A stretch of DNA of 64,000 nucleotides from Octopus bimaculoides (lineage: Eukaryota). A model generated the notes under the pieces. The model made no database searches. It saw only the letters and a program-made list of their open reading frames with translations, and was not told where the DNA came from. The position numbers were made by a program, and so were the translations under genes. Location of the stretch: assembly GCF_001194135.2 (NCBI RefSeq), contig NC_068991.1, positions 13,630,884-13,694,883 of the forward strand, in the 5' to 3' direction. Shown one piece after another: positions 1 through 11,972 of this stretch. Position 1 is the stretch's first letter, and every line of letters starts with the position of its first letter.

Positions 1-521
1 TATATATATGTATATATATATAACAAATTAAAAATGGTGGCTTATGAGAAATTGGAGCCTAAAGGCAATATTAATAGACGTCACAAAAGTGACAGAGGGT
101 GTTGACTAGCACCACTTTTACTAAAAATAAGAGGTGGAACAACACAAAAGCACTGAACGTAATGTGTGTATATGTGGGCGTTCGTGTATATGTATGTGTG
201 TAATGTATGTATGTATGTATGTATGTATGTATGTATGTATGTATGTGCTTATTCAGTTTTATTTTAAAGTTTCTTACCAATAGCGAAAGAGCCGGTTTCT
301 AACCTACGTCCATGTCTCCTTCATTGCAATTTCAACAATATCAACAGGATGTCTGTATGTGTGTACATGTGCAGCATTTGGAGTCTGTGCATATGCAAAT
401 TTTTTTGTTCTGTTTAATGTGTGTATTCTCATACATATAGTTGCATTCCTAGACATTCACATATATACTGAAATGATAAGCTTTTGGAAAGCCTTACAAA
501 TTTTTACAGTATGTATATATG

Positions 522-579
<58 letters not shown>

Positions 580-720
580 CGCGCGCGTGTAAACTAAATG
601 TACATAAGTCATTTACTTCATTTGAACATTACTCTGTAATGCTCTGTAGTACTCTATAGTACGAAACCTTGTTCCAATGAGAATATAATTTTTTATACAC
701 TATATATGAACAAAAGTGTA

Positions 721-829
721 CGAAAACCAATTATACATTATTCTGATTTTCTTGCAGATCCAAGCGAAATTTGATGCAATTTGCTGGTATTGTAGCAGAA
801 TGGAATCCAGCTTCAGGCAATTTTTTCTG
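721..829 (-). repeat. Unclassified interspersed repeat (family F), copy 1
   Basis: Reverse complement aligns by eye with 3233-3340 (shared gctacaataccagcaaatt..catca..ttt..ctt....ct..aagaaaatcag...gatgtataat), roughly three-quarters identity. Confidence 0.7.
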
Positions 830-1038
830 AGCTTATCTTATCAGGTGTAGCCAAAATTCCTTTTCATTCAATTTAGTGTAATTCATAGATAGGTTTTTAT
901 TGACACAAACCCATTCAATAGAGGGTGACATACATTGCAAGTTCTGTGTGTTTTTTGCTCATTAATAAGATTACTTCACATCCATGCTTACACTATATGC
1001 ACATGCACTATTATACGCATGATATATTTTGAAGTTTA

Positions 1039-1253
1039 AGAAGCCGAGCTGGCAGAGTTGTTAGCCCGCCAGGTAGAACGCTTAGCGGCATTTTGTCAGT
1101 CTTTATGATCTGAGTTCAAATTCCACCAAGGTCGAATTTGCCTTTCTTCATTCCGGGGTCAATAAAATAAGTACCATTTGAGCTCTGGGGTCGCTGTAAT
1201 CGACTTGTACCCTACGCGCCCTTACTGTCCTCGTACCAAACTTTAAAACCAAT
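1039..1253 (+). mobile_element. SINE family A (tRNA-type head, Deu/Nin-like core)
   Basis: gagctggcagagttgttagc...gagttcaaattcc...ggggtcaataaaataagtacc...ccaaactttaaaacc; matches more than 15 other copies in the window; A-box-like and B-box-like motifs. Confidence 0.85.
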
Positions 1254-1356
1254 ATGCTCTGAAGTTTATGCAATAACTGTATATGTACTTCTATAATGCA
1301 TATAATATATTAGTATATGCCTGTATAAGTGTATGTATGCATCTATCTATGTCTCT

Positions 1357-1531
1357 GTGAAGATGTATGGCTTAGTGGTTAGGGTACTCGGCTTGCGATC
1401 ATCAGGTCATGAGGTCGGGTCCCAGTCGCGCGTTGTGTCTGAGTAAGACACTATATTTCTCGATGCTCCAGTCCACTCAGCAGCTTGTTCAGTTGAACGA
1501 ATCAACTGGAACACTTGTAACCGACTGAGCG
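1357..1531 (+). mobile_element. Hybrid SINE: family D head and core joined to the end of the family C tail
   Basis: tggcttagtggttaggg...ttgtgtctgagtaagacact...ctccagtccactcagc (D, cf. 53278-53519) followed by ttgttcagttgaacgaatcaactggaac...gtaaccgac (C tail, cf. 63215-63270). Confidence 0.7.
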
Positions 1532-2139
1532 TCGGGCCTGTCTGTGCTTATACATACATGCATGCATGATTTGTGTAGCTTTTATTTGATAAATGAGTCT
1601 CCCGTGGAAATTCAGAGCAGCAGTATTACTGATTCTGTCGAAAATAATTAACATGGTAACGAGTACTCTTTCTCCTGTTCGTTGCTACTAATCATAAATA
1701 TACATATATATAAGTGTTATCAATCCAAATCAAGTGGAGGAATAGAAGAAGAAATGAAGTTGAAAATGCTCCTGGTGAGATGAGTTTATGCCATGTGGGC
1801 AGAATCTGATGATTGTGGTAGGACACTAGACGTGTTAATAAACACTGTTTGACATCCTTTCAGCACAAAAAAGCTAATAGCAGTACTGAAATACATATAT
1901 TGTTTATTAAATAAATATGTGTGCGTGTGTGTGTTGGTTTGTCTATGGGTGTGTATGTGTATATGTGCGTGTGGTGTGTTTGTGTGTGTAGGGATGTAGA
2001 CATCGCAGTGGCGTGTAACTCAAGTCACGAAACAAATCTTTCAGCTTCAATTTCAATATATCATATATATAGATATATGTGTGTATATGTTAAGACATAC
2101 ATGCATACATAGATAAATGCTTGCATAAATGCTCTTACG

Positions 2140-2290
2140 GACACGATGTTGTTCCTTTGAGAAACCCTAGTACATATAGCATGAACGATGTGGCTAAGAC
2201 TACGCACCCTTGTGGTACTTCTGGAAGTTGCAGGATATCGAAGTAATAATGCTCTATCCGTTCCGTAAGCCTCCAATCCTTGGCCAGTAT
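2140..2290 (-). mobile_element. Decayed non-LTR reverse transcriptase fragment (CR1/L2-like)
   Basis: Minus frame reads DWRLTERIEHYYFDILQLPEVPQGCVVLATSFMLYV, resembling the RT motif GVPQGSVLGPLLFLLYI. Confidence 0.45.
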
Positions 2291-2999
2291 TTACTAGCTA
2301 GCGTTTTGTGATGTGTTATAAATGCAACAAGTTATGTCTCCCTGTTGCTGGTGTTGTTTTCGCCGGTGGCGATCACGGTGGTGCCCTTTCTTGCTGTTTG
2401 AAGTGTTGTGTCACTTTAGGATTTTTAAATATATTCTATTTATCTTGATCGTGTCATTTCTCTGTCGTGATTGGGGAATTAGTTTAATTCGATGGAAACA
2501 CGCCATTTTCAAAAGGTTAACAAATTATACAGTTTTTCAAATTTTTCTTTTTTTCATATTTCAGCACACTCATACAATCCAACGTGCACGCATGCGCGTA
2601 CACACACATACTCACACAAGCAAATATATATATGTATGTACATATGTGTGTGTATGTATGTATGTTTGTATGTATATATATATATATCCATACATATATA
2701 TAAATATATATATATATGTATGTACATATGTGTGTGTATGTATGTATGTTTGTATGTATATATATATATATATATATTTATGTATGCATGTAAATATATA
2801 TGTATAAATACACGTATTTATAATTTTTTTTTGTTGTATCCGTATGTATCATATGCATTTATATGCATATGCAAATATTCGATAGGTTTTAAACTATATA
2901 TCTTGCATATAATGATATAAATGATATGTGAGTATGTGTGTATATACACACATACACGTTTACAGATTAAGTGTGGATGTGACAGAGAGAAAGCAAAAC

Positions 3000-3036
<37 letters not shown>

Positions 3037-3232
3037 AGAAGAGATGGAGGGATGAGAAGGAGGAGAGTGAAAGTGAGTCAGGATGTGAATGACTTAACTT
3101 CGTTAATGAATCAAAAAATACGAAGTCCGCAACATATAACCACTCCCCTGTCGATCATGCATGAGAAAACCCAACAATGAATTGCAGTAAATTGAATGAA
3201 AATGACTTAGAGGATATATGATAGGGTGAACA

Positions 3233-3340
3233 CAGAAGAAATGCTTGACGTAGGCTTTCATGCGGCTACAATACCAGCAAATTACATCAGATTTGACTTG
3301 AGTCTATAAGAAAATCAGTACGATGTATAATCGGCTTTTA
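3233..3340 (+). repeat. Unclassified interspersed repeat (family F), copy 2
   Basis: Inverted homolog of 721-829. Confidence 0.7.
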
Positions 3341-3749
3341 TGCTGATATGTTAGCAACACAACATGTTGATAGATCGACGTTGAAATTATATTAATGACT
3401 TTTATCTTGAATATTTATTCGGTCATTTACTTTAAAGGTAGCGAGCATGTATCTGGGGAAGGTTTAACTGGAATTTCTAAAAGGTTGATCGACCTGCGTT
3501 AGAGATTTCATTTCTTATTGTTTTTGTGTGGTCATCTGTTAAATCCTGATGAAGCATTCCCGTGGCAAGCAAAGAGACAGCAGAATGACCGGATGCAACT
3601 AGCAGATTCACCATCCCGCATTACAGTTTATGTAGTTTATTCCTATATGCCAATAGATAACGAGGGTGGCCTCAGTATAGGTGTAAATTAAAATCGATCA
3701 TAGCCCGATAAATGTCGTCCCTCTACAACTATTCTGGGTGCTGTGCATC

Positions 3750-3960
3750 CCACTGCAGTGATCAGCGCCAACAAATCTATTGATTTGATTGATTTGTAGT
3801 TATATCTTCATGCTTGTGATATTTGTCTGTACAGAGTGTGAAAGACATTTTGCCGTTTTCTTTTTAATGTTGGTGTAATTCGGCTTCAGGCCTTTCTGTA
3901 TAATTCTGCGTGTTCTGGAGATGCTTTTTATATTGTCATAGAGACCACAATTAGATAAGA
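3750..3960 (-). mobile_element. Possible Penelope-like element ORF N-terminal relic
   Basis: Minus frame CGLYDNIKSISRTRRIIQKGLKPNYTNIKKK resembles, from memory, the PxYxxIK N-terminal region of PLE ORFs; stops present. Confidence 0.25.
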
Positions 3961-4011
3961 CACGGTTTCTGCAATAACAACTTCACTAGACAGATTTTCA
4001 CCAAGATCTGA

Positions 4012-4013
<2 letters not shown>

Positions 4014-4085
<72 letters not shown>
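4014..4085. repeat. (TATC)n microsatellite; further copies at 6711-6775, 13977-14060, 15095-15150, 31656-31832 (compound with CATC), 35242-35285, 43716-43765, 58136-58205
   Basis: Direct reading. Confidence 0.95.
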
Positions 4086-4086
<1 letters not shown>

Positions 4087-4812
4087 TCATCTTACCATGG
4101 TCTTTTCCGTAGGCTTNNNNNNNNNNNNNNNNNNNNNNNNNNNNNNNNNNNNNNNNNNNNNNNNNNNNNNNNNNNNNNNNNNNNNNNNNNNNNNNNNNNN
4201 NNNNNNNNNNNNNNNNNNNNNNNNNNNNNNNNNNNNNNNNNNNNNNNNNNNNNNNNNNNNNNNNNNNNNNNNNNNNNNNNNNNNNNNNNNNNNNNNNNNN
4301 NNNNNNNNNNNNNNNNNNNNNNNNNNNNNNNNNNNNNNNNNNNNNNNNNNNNNNNNNNNNNNNNNNNNNNNNNNNNNNNNNNNNNNNNNNNNNNNNNNNN
4401 NNNNNNNNNNNNNNNNNNNNNNNNNNNNNNNNNNNNNNNNNNNNNNNNNNNNNNNNNNNNNNNNNNNNNNNNNNNNNNNNNNNNNNNNNNNNNNNNNNNN
4501 NNNNNNNNNNNNNNNNNNNNNNNNNNNNNNNNNNNNNNNNNNNNNNNNNNNNNNNNNNNNNNNNNNNNNNNNNNNNNNNNNNNNNNNNNNNNNNNNNNNN
4601 NNNNNNNNNNNNNNNNNNNNNNNNNNNNNNNNNNNNNNNNNNNNNNNNNNNNNNNNNNNNNNNNNNNNNNNNNNNNNNNNNNNNNNNNNNNNNNNATGGT
4701 AGTAGTAGTAGGAGGAGGAGGAGGAGGGGGATGTGCAATAGCAGCAGAAACAGCTTGCAATTACAAACTGGACATTGCACTGACATTAACCTATTTTAAT
4801 TTTCCAACTTAC

Positions 4813-4974
4813 CATCTCCAGATTCATCATCATCGTCGTTGTCATCGTCGTCGTCTGCATCATCATCATCATCATTATCAACGCCGCCGTTGTCATCATC
4901 GTCGTCATCATCGTCATCAGCATCATCATCATCATGAGAAAGGACAACAGCTGCTGCCGAGCGATCGTGAGCGA
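4813..4974 (-). CDS. Candidate symmetric phase-1 exon encoding an Asp-rich segment (AHDRSAAAVVLSHDDDDADDD...ESGD)
   Basis: Acceptor tacttctgtgtag, donor ATG|GTAAGT, 162 nt, open frame; overlaps a (CAT/CGT)n tract, so it may be non-coding. Confidence 0.25.
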
Positions 4975-6111
4975 CTACACAGAAGTATGTACGCATACAT
5001 ACATACATACATACATACATACATACGTACATACGTACATACAAAATACAGACAGACAGACAGACAGATGAACAGATAACAGAGAGACAGACGGACAGAT
5101 AACAGACAGAAAGACAAACATACATACAAAGACAAGCACTCACACCCATATACAGACGCACATCAAATAAACGATATTGTTGCTATTCGTGAAATAGCAA
5201 CATTAAAAATATCACATATCAAAAAGAAGCGAAGTTAAGGCAATCGTTTGATCATCTTCGATCAACTTGATTTCATCTGATTGGTCTGCTTAGTTATGTA
5301 AACTTTTGTATTTTGTGCCATAGAATTTGCTGGTTCATTGATCTCGGGTGGGGGGTCAAAAAATCCCACTTCGCAGCATATACAATAAAACTATCAATTT
5401 TATTTTTACTAAAATAAGCACAAGTATTTGTGTATATGTGACTTCATGGGTGGCTGTCTATGTCGTGATGCATGTGTGAGCATCCCTGTCTTTATATATG
5501 TGCGTGTGCTTGTCGCTGTGGTTGGGGTTTATGTAGACGACAGTAGCGAAAATTGAAACGTTTATTACACGATAGCGTCGAGGTTTCGCCATTGGCCTGA
5601 AATAAGACCGAAAATTTAGGGGATGGGGTAAGTCAGGTAGCAGTCACGTACCGAGTATGTTTGTGTGTAGTGGGGGAGGGGCTCTATGTAGTTGACTAAC
5701 GCCCCCTTAAAATTACCGGCCTTGCACCACTCTTCTTCGACTTCTTATTCTTCATATATACATATATNNNNNNNNNNNNNNNNNNNNNNNNNNNNNNNNN
5801 NNNNNNNNNNNNNNNNNNNNNNNNNNNNNNNNNNNNNNNNNNNNNNNNNNNNNNNNNNNNNNNNNNNNNNNNNNNNNNNNNNNNNNNNNNNNNNNNNNNN
5901 NNNNNNNNNNNNNNNNNNNNNNNNNNNNNNNNNNNNNNNNNNNNNNNNNNNNNNNNNNNNNNNNNNNNNNNNNNNNNNNNNNNNNNNNNNNNNNNNNNNN
6001 NNNNNNNNNNNNNNNNNNNNNNNNNNNNNNNNNNNNNNNNNNNNNNNNNNNNNNNNNNNNNNTATATATACACATACATATATATATACATATATATACA
6101 TATATATATAC

Positions 6112-6300
6112 AGGGAGAGAATTCACAAAAAAAAACAAAAGACGAAGACAGGTGGTGTAGAAAACAAACAGATGTATTGGTATAACGCTAGGGAAGTGAA
6201 AAAGTCTAACGTTTCGAGCCTACGCTCTTCCACAGAAAGGAACACGGAAAGAAAGAAGGAGACAAACAAGGACAGAAAAAAAAATGTGTAGTGGCTAGCG
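6112..6300 (-). mobile_element. Penelope-like terminal repeat (family E) with variant hammerhead core
   Basis: Homologous to 43159-43345; minus strand has ctgtggaagagcgtaggctcgaaacgtt; abuts (TA)n. Confidence 0.55.
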
Positions 6301-6466
6301 ATACGACAGGCTTCTTTCAGTTTCCGTCTATCAAATCTACTCACACAGTATCGGTCTGCTCGAAGCAATAGTAGAAAACATTTGCCCAAAGTGCCACGCA
6401 GTGTGACTGAACCTGGATCCATGTGTTTGGACAGCAAGCTTCCTACCACACAGCCGCTCCTGCGCG
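6301..6466 (-). mobile_element. SINE family B, 5' half (tRNA head and CORE-like segment)
   Basis: Reverse complement gcgcaggagcggctgtgtggtagg...ggttcagtcacactgcgtggcactttgggcaaatg...gacggaaactgaaagaagcc matches 36626-37034. Confidence 0.85.
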
Positions 6467-6622
6467 TATTATTTATATAATTTTTCAGTTTCGATCAATT
6501 GCCACTTTTTCCAATTATATAATGTCATCTTATATGCAGTTGCACAATCAGCTTTTCCATAACACTTATCAGTATTCATAATTTATAACTTATTTTATCA
6601 GTCTGCATTTGTCTGAATTACC

Positions 6623-6668
6623 AAAGCTATCTGATGAGCGGTTTCGTGAAACCCTGTGTAATAGTTTT
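6623..6668 (+). ncRNA. Type I minimal hammerhead ribozyme
   Basis: aaagctat-CTGATGA-gcg gttt cgt-GAAA-c cctgt g-TA-atagtttt: 8-bp stem I, 3-bp stem II, 2-bp stem III, GUA cleavage triplet; AATAAA about 20 nt downstream. Confidence 0.75.
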
Positions 6669-6708
6669 TGAAATGTGTTTTGGTTTCAATAAAATAATAC
6701 ATACATAG

Positions 6709-6774
<66 letters not shown>

Positions 6775-6977
6775 GTCTATCGACCAGTCTATCGGATGGT
6801 GTTATACTTTATATTTTTCTTTTTCTTTCATTTTTAGTAGTTTTGTATACATTTATTTAGTTGTATCCACTTTCTCTTATTTTGATTTCAAATATAATTT
6901 AAATTCTAGGTTTCCTTTTCAAATACTTGCAACTTCTTATTTGTGACCAGTCGTGTTATACACGACTAGTCACAATG

Positions 6978-7185
6978 GACTTCCTCGCATATTTGTAGCT
7001 TTAGAATGAAATCCTACTTGCTGACTATCCTTGGGCGGAACGTCATCCCGTCTATTCCGTCCATTTACAGCAGCGTTGAATAGAGCAGCGAGTAATGAAG
7101 TCTTTTGCTGAAGAACACCACACACGGGTAGTCTGGAACTCGAAACCTACGATCTTGCGATCGTGAGTGCCGTACTCCAACCACT
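6978..7185 (-). mobile_element. SINE family D, decayed
   Basis: Aligns with 53278-53519 (gtaatgaagtcttttgctgaagaacacc...gaactcgaaacc.acgatcttgcgatcgtgagtgccg.actc.aaccac). Confidence 0.7.
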
Positions 7186-7345
7186 TCACACACACACACA
7201 CACACACTCACACACACACACATACAAACATACACACAGAGTCAAACACGCGCGCGTATATAACAAAAATTGTAGAAATTGTAGAAATATCTAATAACGC
7301 CATCTTATGCGCGTTGCATTAACAATGAGAGATTATTCGTTACAA

Positions 7346-7797
7346 ATGACAAAGGACCATATTCGGCATATTTTGTTTCATGAGTTCAATAAAGGCAACA
7401 ACGCAACAGAAAGTGCGAGGAATATTAATGCAGTATACAGGGATCGGACAATAAGCATGAGCCAGTGTGAACGGTGGTTCCAGAAATTCCGAGCCAGAAG
7501 CTACAGTCTAGAAGATGAGCCTCTTCCTGGAAGGTCTGTAGAGCTCGATGAGGACATCCTGCAAACCCTGGTGGAACAAAATCCCATTGTAATTGACGAG
7601 GAACTGCTAGAGAAGCTTGTATTTGGTCATTCAACCATCCATCGATACCTGCGTGCCATTGAAAAAGTCAACCAGTTGGGTCAGTAGGTACTTCACAAAC
7701 TTTCCGAGTCTAATCACTTTTGGAAGTGGAGCCTTGCAAGTCTTCCAGATACATGGAAGAAGATTGTAGAAAACGAAGGAGAGTATATTTTAGATTA
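7346..7797 (+). mobile_element. Internally deleted mariner transposase (N-terminal HTH region fused to C-terminus)
   Basis: MTKDHIRHILFHEFNKGNNATESARNI...RWFQKFR...LEDEPLPGRS...LGQ*VLHKLSESN then HFWKWSLASLPDTWKKIVENEGEYILD; catalytic core absent. Confidence 0.85.
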
Positions 7798-7806
7798 TAC
7801 ATACAT

Positions 7807-7855
<49 letters not shown>

Positions 7856-9812
7856 TACTTACATGTGTGAGTATGTGTGTGTTTGAGCCGGCGTGTGTAC
7901 GTGTGTGTGTAAGCATGTGTTTTAGATGTGATACAGGTATATGTACGGACACACAAACACACTCATATATTCATACACACATGCATACATATGTGTGTGT
8001 GTGCGTTTGCGTGTGCATTTGTGTGTGTGCGTGTGCGTGTGCGTGTGTGAGTGTGTCTGTCTCTCTGCCTGTCTGTCTGTCTGTCTATCTCTCTCGGTGT
8101 GCGCACGGACTAACTAAACAGATGTATTTCCTAAACTGCAAAGCAATCCTTCATCTTGTATTCAGTAAAGCTGTCTCAAGAAGAGTATTCAATTTTCATT
8201 TTTCATAGCTTCATAAATTATGGATGTGTGAATAATACGGTATCAAATATATTAATCTGGAAGAGGTGTATGTGTGGTCTGCTGCAGGAAGGGCACTGGG
8301 CAAGGTTACTGGAATACGTGAATTACATCGATCTAATAAATATTACTTTGACCTAAATACGGTACGGCCATTTGGAAAACTTGCTTCATAATCGATGCTG
8401 CCTTGTGTTAATGAAGGAGACGATTAATTAGAAAGTGCTCTTATTGAATATCATATCATCTTAACTGGTGTTTATTTATTCTACGGTCATGTATCCATGC
8501 AGACATCATAGCAATTTACATATTACATTTGTTCTGTCTATCTTTCTATACAGATATCGGAGAAGTGTTATGAAGATGTAGGCAAGTTTCACTTCCCCGT
8601 CGTTGTCGACATTGCCTTTTATTGTTTTGTGGTCGATAAAATGGATGTAAAATTCTGGTAAAATACTTCGAATCATTGGTCAAATTCTTTGGTTCCAGGT
8701 CTGTATGGTTTTGTAGTATATATATATATATATATATATNNNNNNNNNNNNNNNNNNNNNNNNNNNNNNNNNNNNNNNNNNNNNNNNNNNNNNNNNNNNN
8801 NNNNNNNNNNNNNNNNNNNNNNNNNNNNNNNNNNNNNNNNNNNNNNNNNNNNNNNNNNNNNNNNNNNNNNNNNNNNNNNNNNNNNNNNNNNNNNNNNNNN
8901 NNNNNNNNNNNNNNNNNNNNNNNNNNNNNNNNNNNNNNNNNNNNNNNNNNNNNNNNNNNNNNNNNNNNNNNNNNNNNNNNNNNNNNNNNNNNNNNNNNNN
9001 NNNNNNNNNNNNNNNNNNNNNNNNNNNNNNNNNNNNNNNNNNNNNNNNNNNNNNNNNNNNNNNNNNNNNNNNNNNNNNNNNNNNNNNNNNNNNNNNNNNN
9101 NNNNNNNNNNNNNNNNNNNNNNNNNNNNNNNNNNNNNNNNNNNNNNNNNNNNNNNNNNNNNNNNNNNNNNNNNNNNNNNNNNNNNNNNNNNNNNNNNNNN
9201 NNNNNNNNNNNNNNNNNNNNNNNNNNNNNNNNNNNNNNNNNNNNNNNNNNNNNNNNNNNNNNNNNNNNNNNNNNNNNNNNNNNNNNNNNNNNNNNNNNNN
9301 NNNNNNNNNNNNNNNNNNNNNNNNNNNNNNNNNNNNNNNNNNNNNNNNNNNNNNNNNNNNNNNNNNNNNNNNNNNNNNNNNNNNNNNNNNNNNNNNNNNN
9401 NNNNNNNNNNNNNNNNNNNNNNNNNNNNNNNNNNNNNNNNNNNNNNNNNNNNNNNNNNNNNTATATAAAGGCATTAACTATATAGTAATGCCTCACGCTT
9501 AGAGGGACTAAATAAGTCAAAAACTACCAAAAAATAAGCACATATTTACCGAAAGCGAGGGAATGCAACTTTCAAAAAATTAACCTCCTAAAAACATTTA
9601 ACTTAACGGCAAACCACTGGTTTCACAATTAATACAGCAAAACTGTGAAGTAAGCTGCATCTTTTGTTCATCAGTGCATGTAAGGTCGAGACACATAAAA
9701 AATAAACAAAAATAAACATACCCCGATGTACCCAACACAGTACGATGACTTCTGTTCATCATTATATATCCGTGAAAGAGGCTAGCTTTATCCAGTTGCA
9801 TCTCGGTAACAC

Positions 9813-9883
<71 letters not shown>

Positions 9884-11002
9884 AAAAGGGGAGGCAATTT
9901 ATGCAGATAAAACAAATTAGACGCATCAAATATATTAAACATAAGTACAAAATATGTTTATATGTATCCATGCAAAAGGAGAGAAAGCAAAAGATGGAAA
10001 CTTTCGGATGATGAATTATTATGCATGAATATATAGATATTCATATTAATAGGTCCAACTTACACATCTTTGAATTTCGCTGCATCAAAATCTGATATGT
10101 AAGATCTTCTCTACCCTGATGATGGAGGCTAACTTTATCCGATGTTAACTGCATCCATACGACAGTCTATTGTGATGTACTAAATCTGCCAACATTATTA
10201 TGGATCACCGAGCTCCCAGAAATAACTGTTGGACATATAACACCTTTATTCCACCCTTCTAAATTTCCCTATCGTATATACTCTGTGGATATTGCACCTA
10301 CTAATATAAATATCTATATATTTATACACAAAAATTCATCATCTGAACGTTTCTGCCTTTTGCTTCCTCTCGTTTTGCGTGTTTACAGATATATACATAT
10401 TTTGTGTTTGATGTATTTAATATCTTTGATATATTTGATGTGTCTAATTCATTTTATCCGCATAATTGCCTCCATCCCAACTCAGCTCGTTCTCGCTGAT
10501 TGTTTTTCTTCACCTCGTGGAATGAACACCTATAAAGTGTATGTGTGTGTGTGCATAGAAGGTAGTCTTTCGACCAGACATGAAGGAAACGAACACTTGA
10601 GCACAAGAAAACAGTAACTTTGATCTCATGATAGCAGGACGAGGGGATGGAAATTAATGAACGCCTGACTTCAGCAAAATCAAAACGAGAGACTGGTAGA
10701 ATTTTGGGATTGGCCCATACATGTATGAACATGAATATGAATATAATAGAGAAGATATTATAGTTTTGAATTAAGCGTGGTGTATAAGGGGTTAATATTT
10801 GAAAGTCACACTATCTGTGTTCTTTTCAACATATCTACCATCTGGCGCTTGCAATAAACGTATCAACAGAATCTAGGATTGTTTACGGGGCGGGGGAGAT
10901 CCTAACTTTTGAAAGAATTCTGAATTCCCATATTAATTCTTTAATGCATATTGCAAAAGTGCATTTAATCAAGGGGATAATTATATTATTGTAAAAAATA
11001 CA

Positions 11003-11094
<92 letters not shown>

Positions 11095-11098
11095 CATT
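11003..11098. repeat. (TTA)n/(TTATCA)n microsatellite
   Basis: Direct reading. Confidence 0.95.
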
Positions 11099-11350
11099 AA
11101 GGCGGCGTGCTAGCAGAATCGTTAGCATGCCCGGCTAAATGCTTAGTGATATTTCGTCTGCCGCTACGTTATGAGTTCGAATTGGATCAACTTTGCCTTT
11201 TATCCTTTCGGGATTGATAAATTAAGTACCAGTTGCATACTGGATCAATCTAATCGACTCGCCCCCACCTTCCCAAAACTTTCGGGCCTTGTGCCTAGAA
11301 TAGAAAAGATTATTATTATTATTATTATTATTATTGTTATTATTATCATT
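11099..11350 (+). mobile_element. SINE family A, full length with (ATT)n tail
   Basis: aaggcggcgtgctagcagaatcgttagc...gccttgtgcctagaatagaaaag(att)n. Confidence 0.9.
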
Positions 11351-11941
11351 ATAGTGTGTGTGTGTATGTGTATGTGGAGGGATGCTGGGTCGGGCCGATC
11401 AAAGCAATTTCACCTGTTGTTAGCAACTGTCTCATTTCCAAATTGTGCCAGGGGAAAATAAATCGGTTGACATATTCTTAACTAAACATATTATCTCTGT
11501 CGCATGTTTACACCTAAATTGAATTAGTGTTGGCTTATTTATTTATTCGTTTATTTTCTGTTAAAGTTTATTGGTAATTTTATTGATTTATTAGTATTTT
11601 TTTTCTTTTGTTAATTTCATTTTCAAAACTTTTAGTTGATAATTCTTGACTGTAATATTTTATTTTTACTGTAGAAATCTCCATAAAAATTGACTTTTCA
11701 ATTTTCACAGGAAAAATAAGGAAAGGAAGAGAAGAAAATAAATAAATATGGAAAGAAAGAGATGAAAATAAATAAAAATGAATTCTAAAAAATTGAAAAT
11801 ATCTAAGAAATGGAAAAGACACACAAACACCTGCACACACACATATACACCTACATACACATACACACTTATACACGTACTCGCACGCTCTCACNNNNNN
11901 NNNNCACGTACTCGCACGCGCTCACACATGCACATATGCAA

Positions 11942-11972
<31 letters not shown>

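Noticed and set aside
758-829. Apparent exon after ttttcttgcag (MQFAGIVAEWNP)
   Set aside because: It lies inside repeat family F, with an inverted homolog at 3233-3340
3546-3580. CTGATGA motifs at 3546, 10116, 20775 and 39568, and minus-strand cores near 32275 and 37445
   Set aside because: GAAA or the helices are missing, so they cannot be folded as hammerheads
8554-8657. Open segment between tctatacag and TG|GTAAAA (ISEKCYEDVGKFHF...); similar candidates at 19741-19798 and 24173-24317
   Set aside because: Weak donor or acceptor, no recognisable protein, and expected by chance in AT-rich DNA
11370-11470. gggtcgggcc match to 5S rRNA
   Set aside because: Only about 10 nt match; the rest does not align
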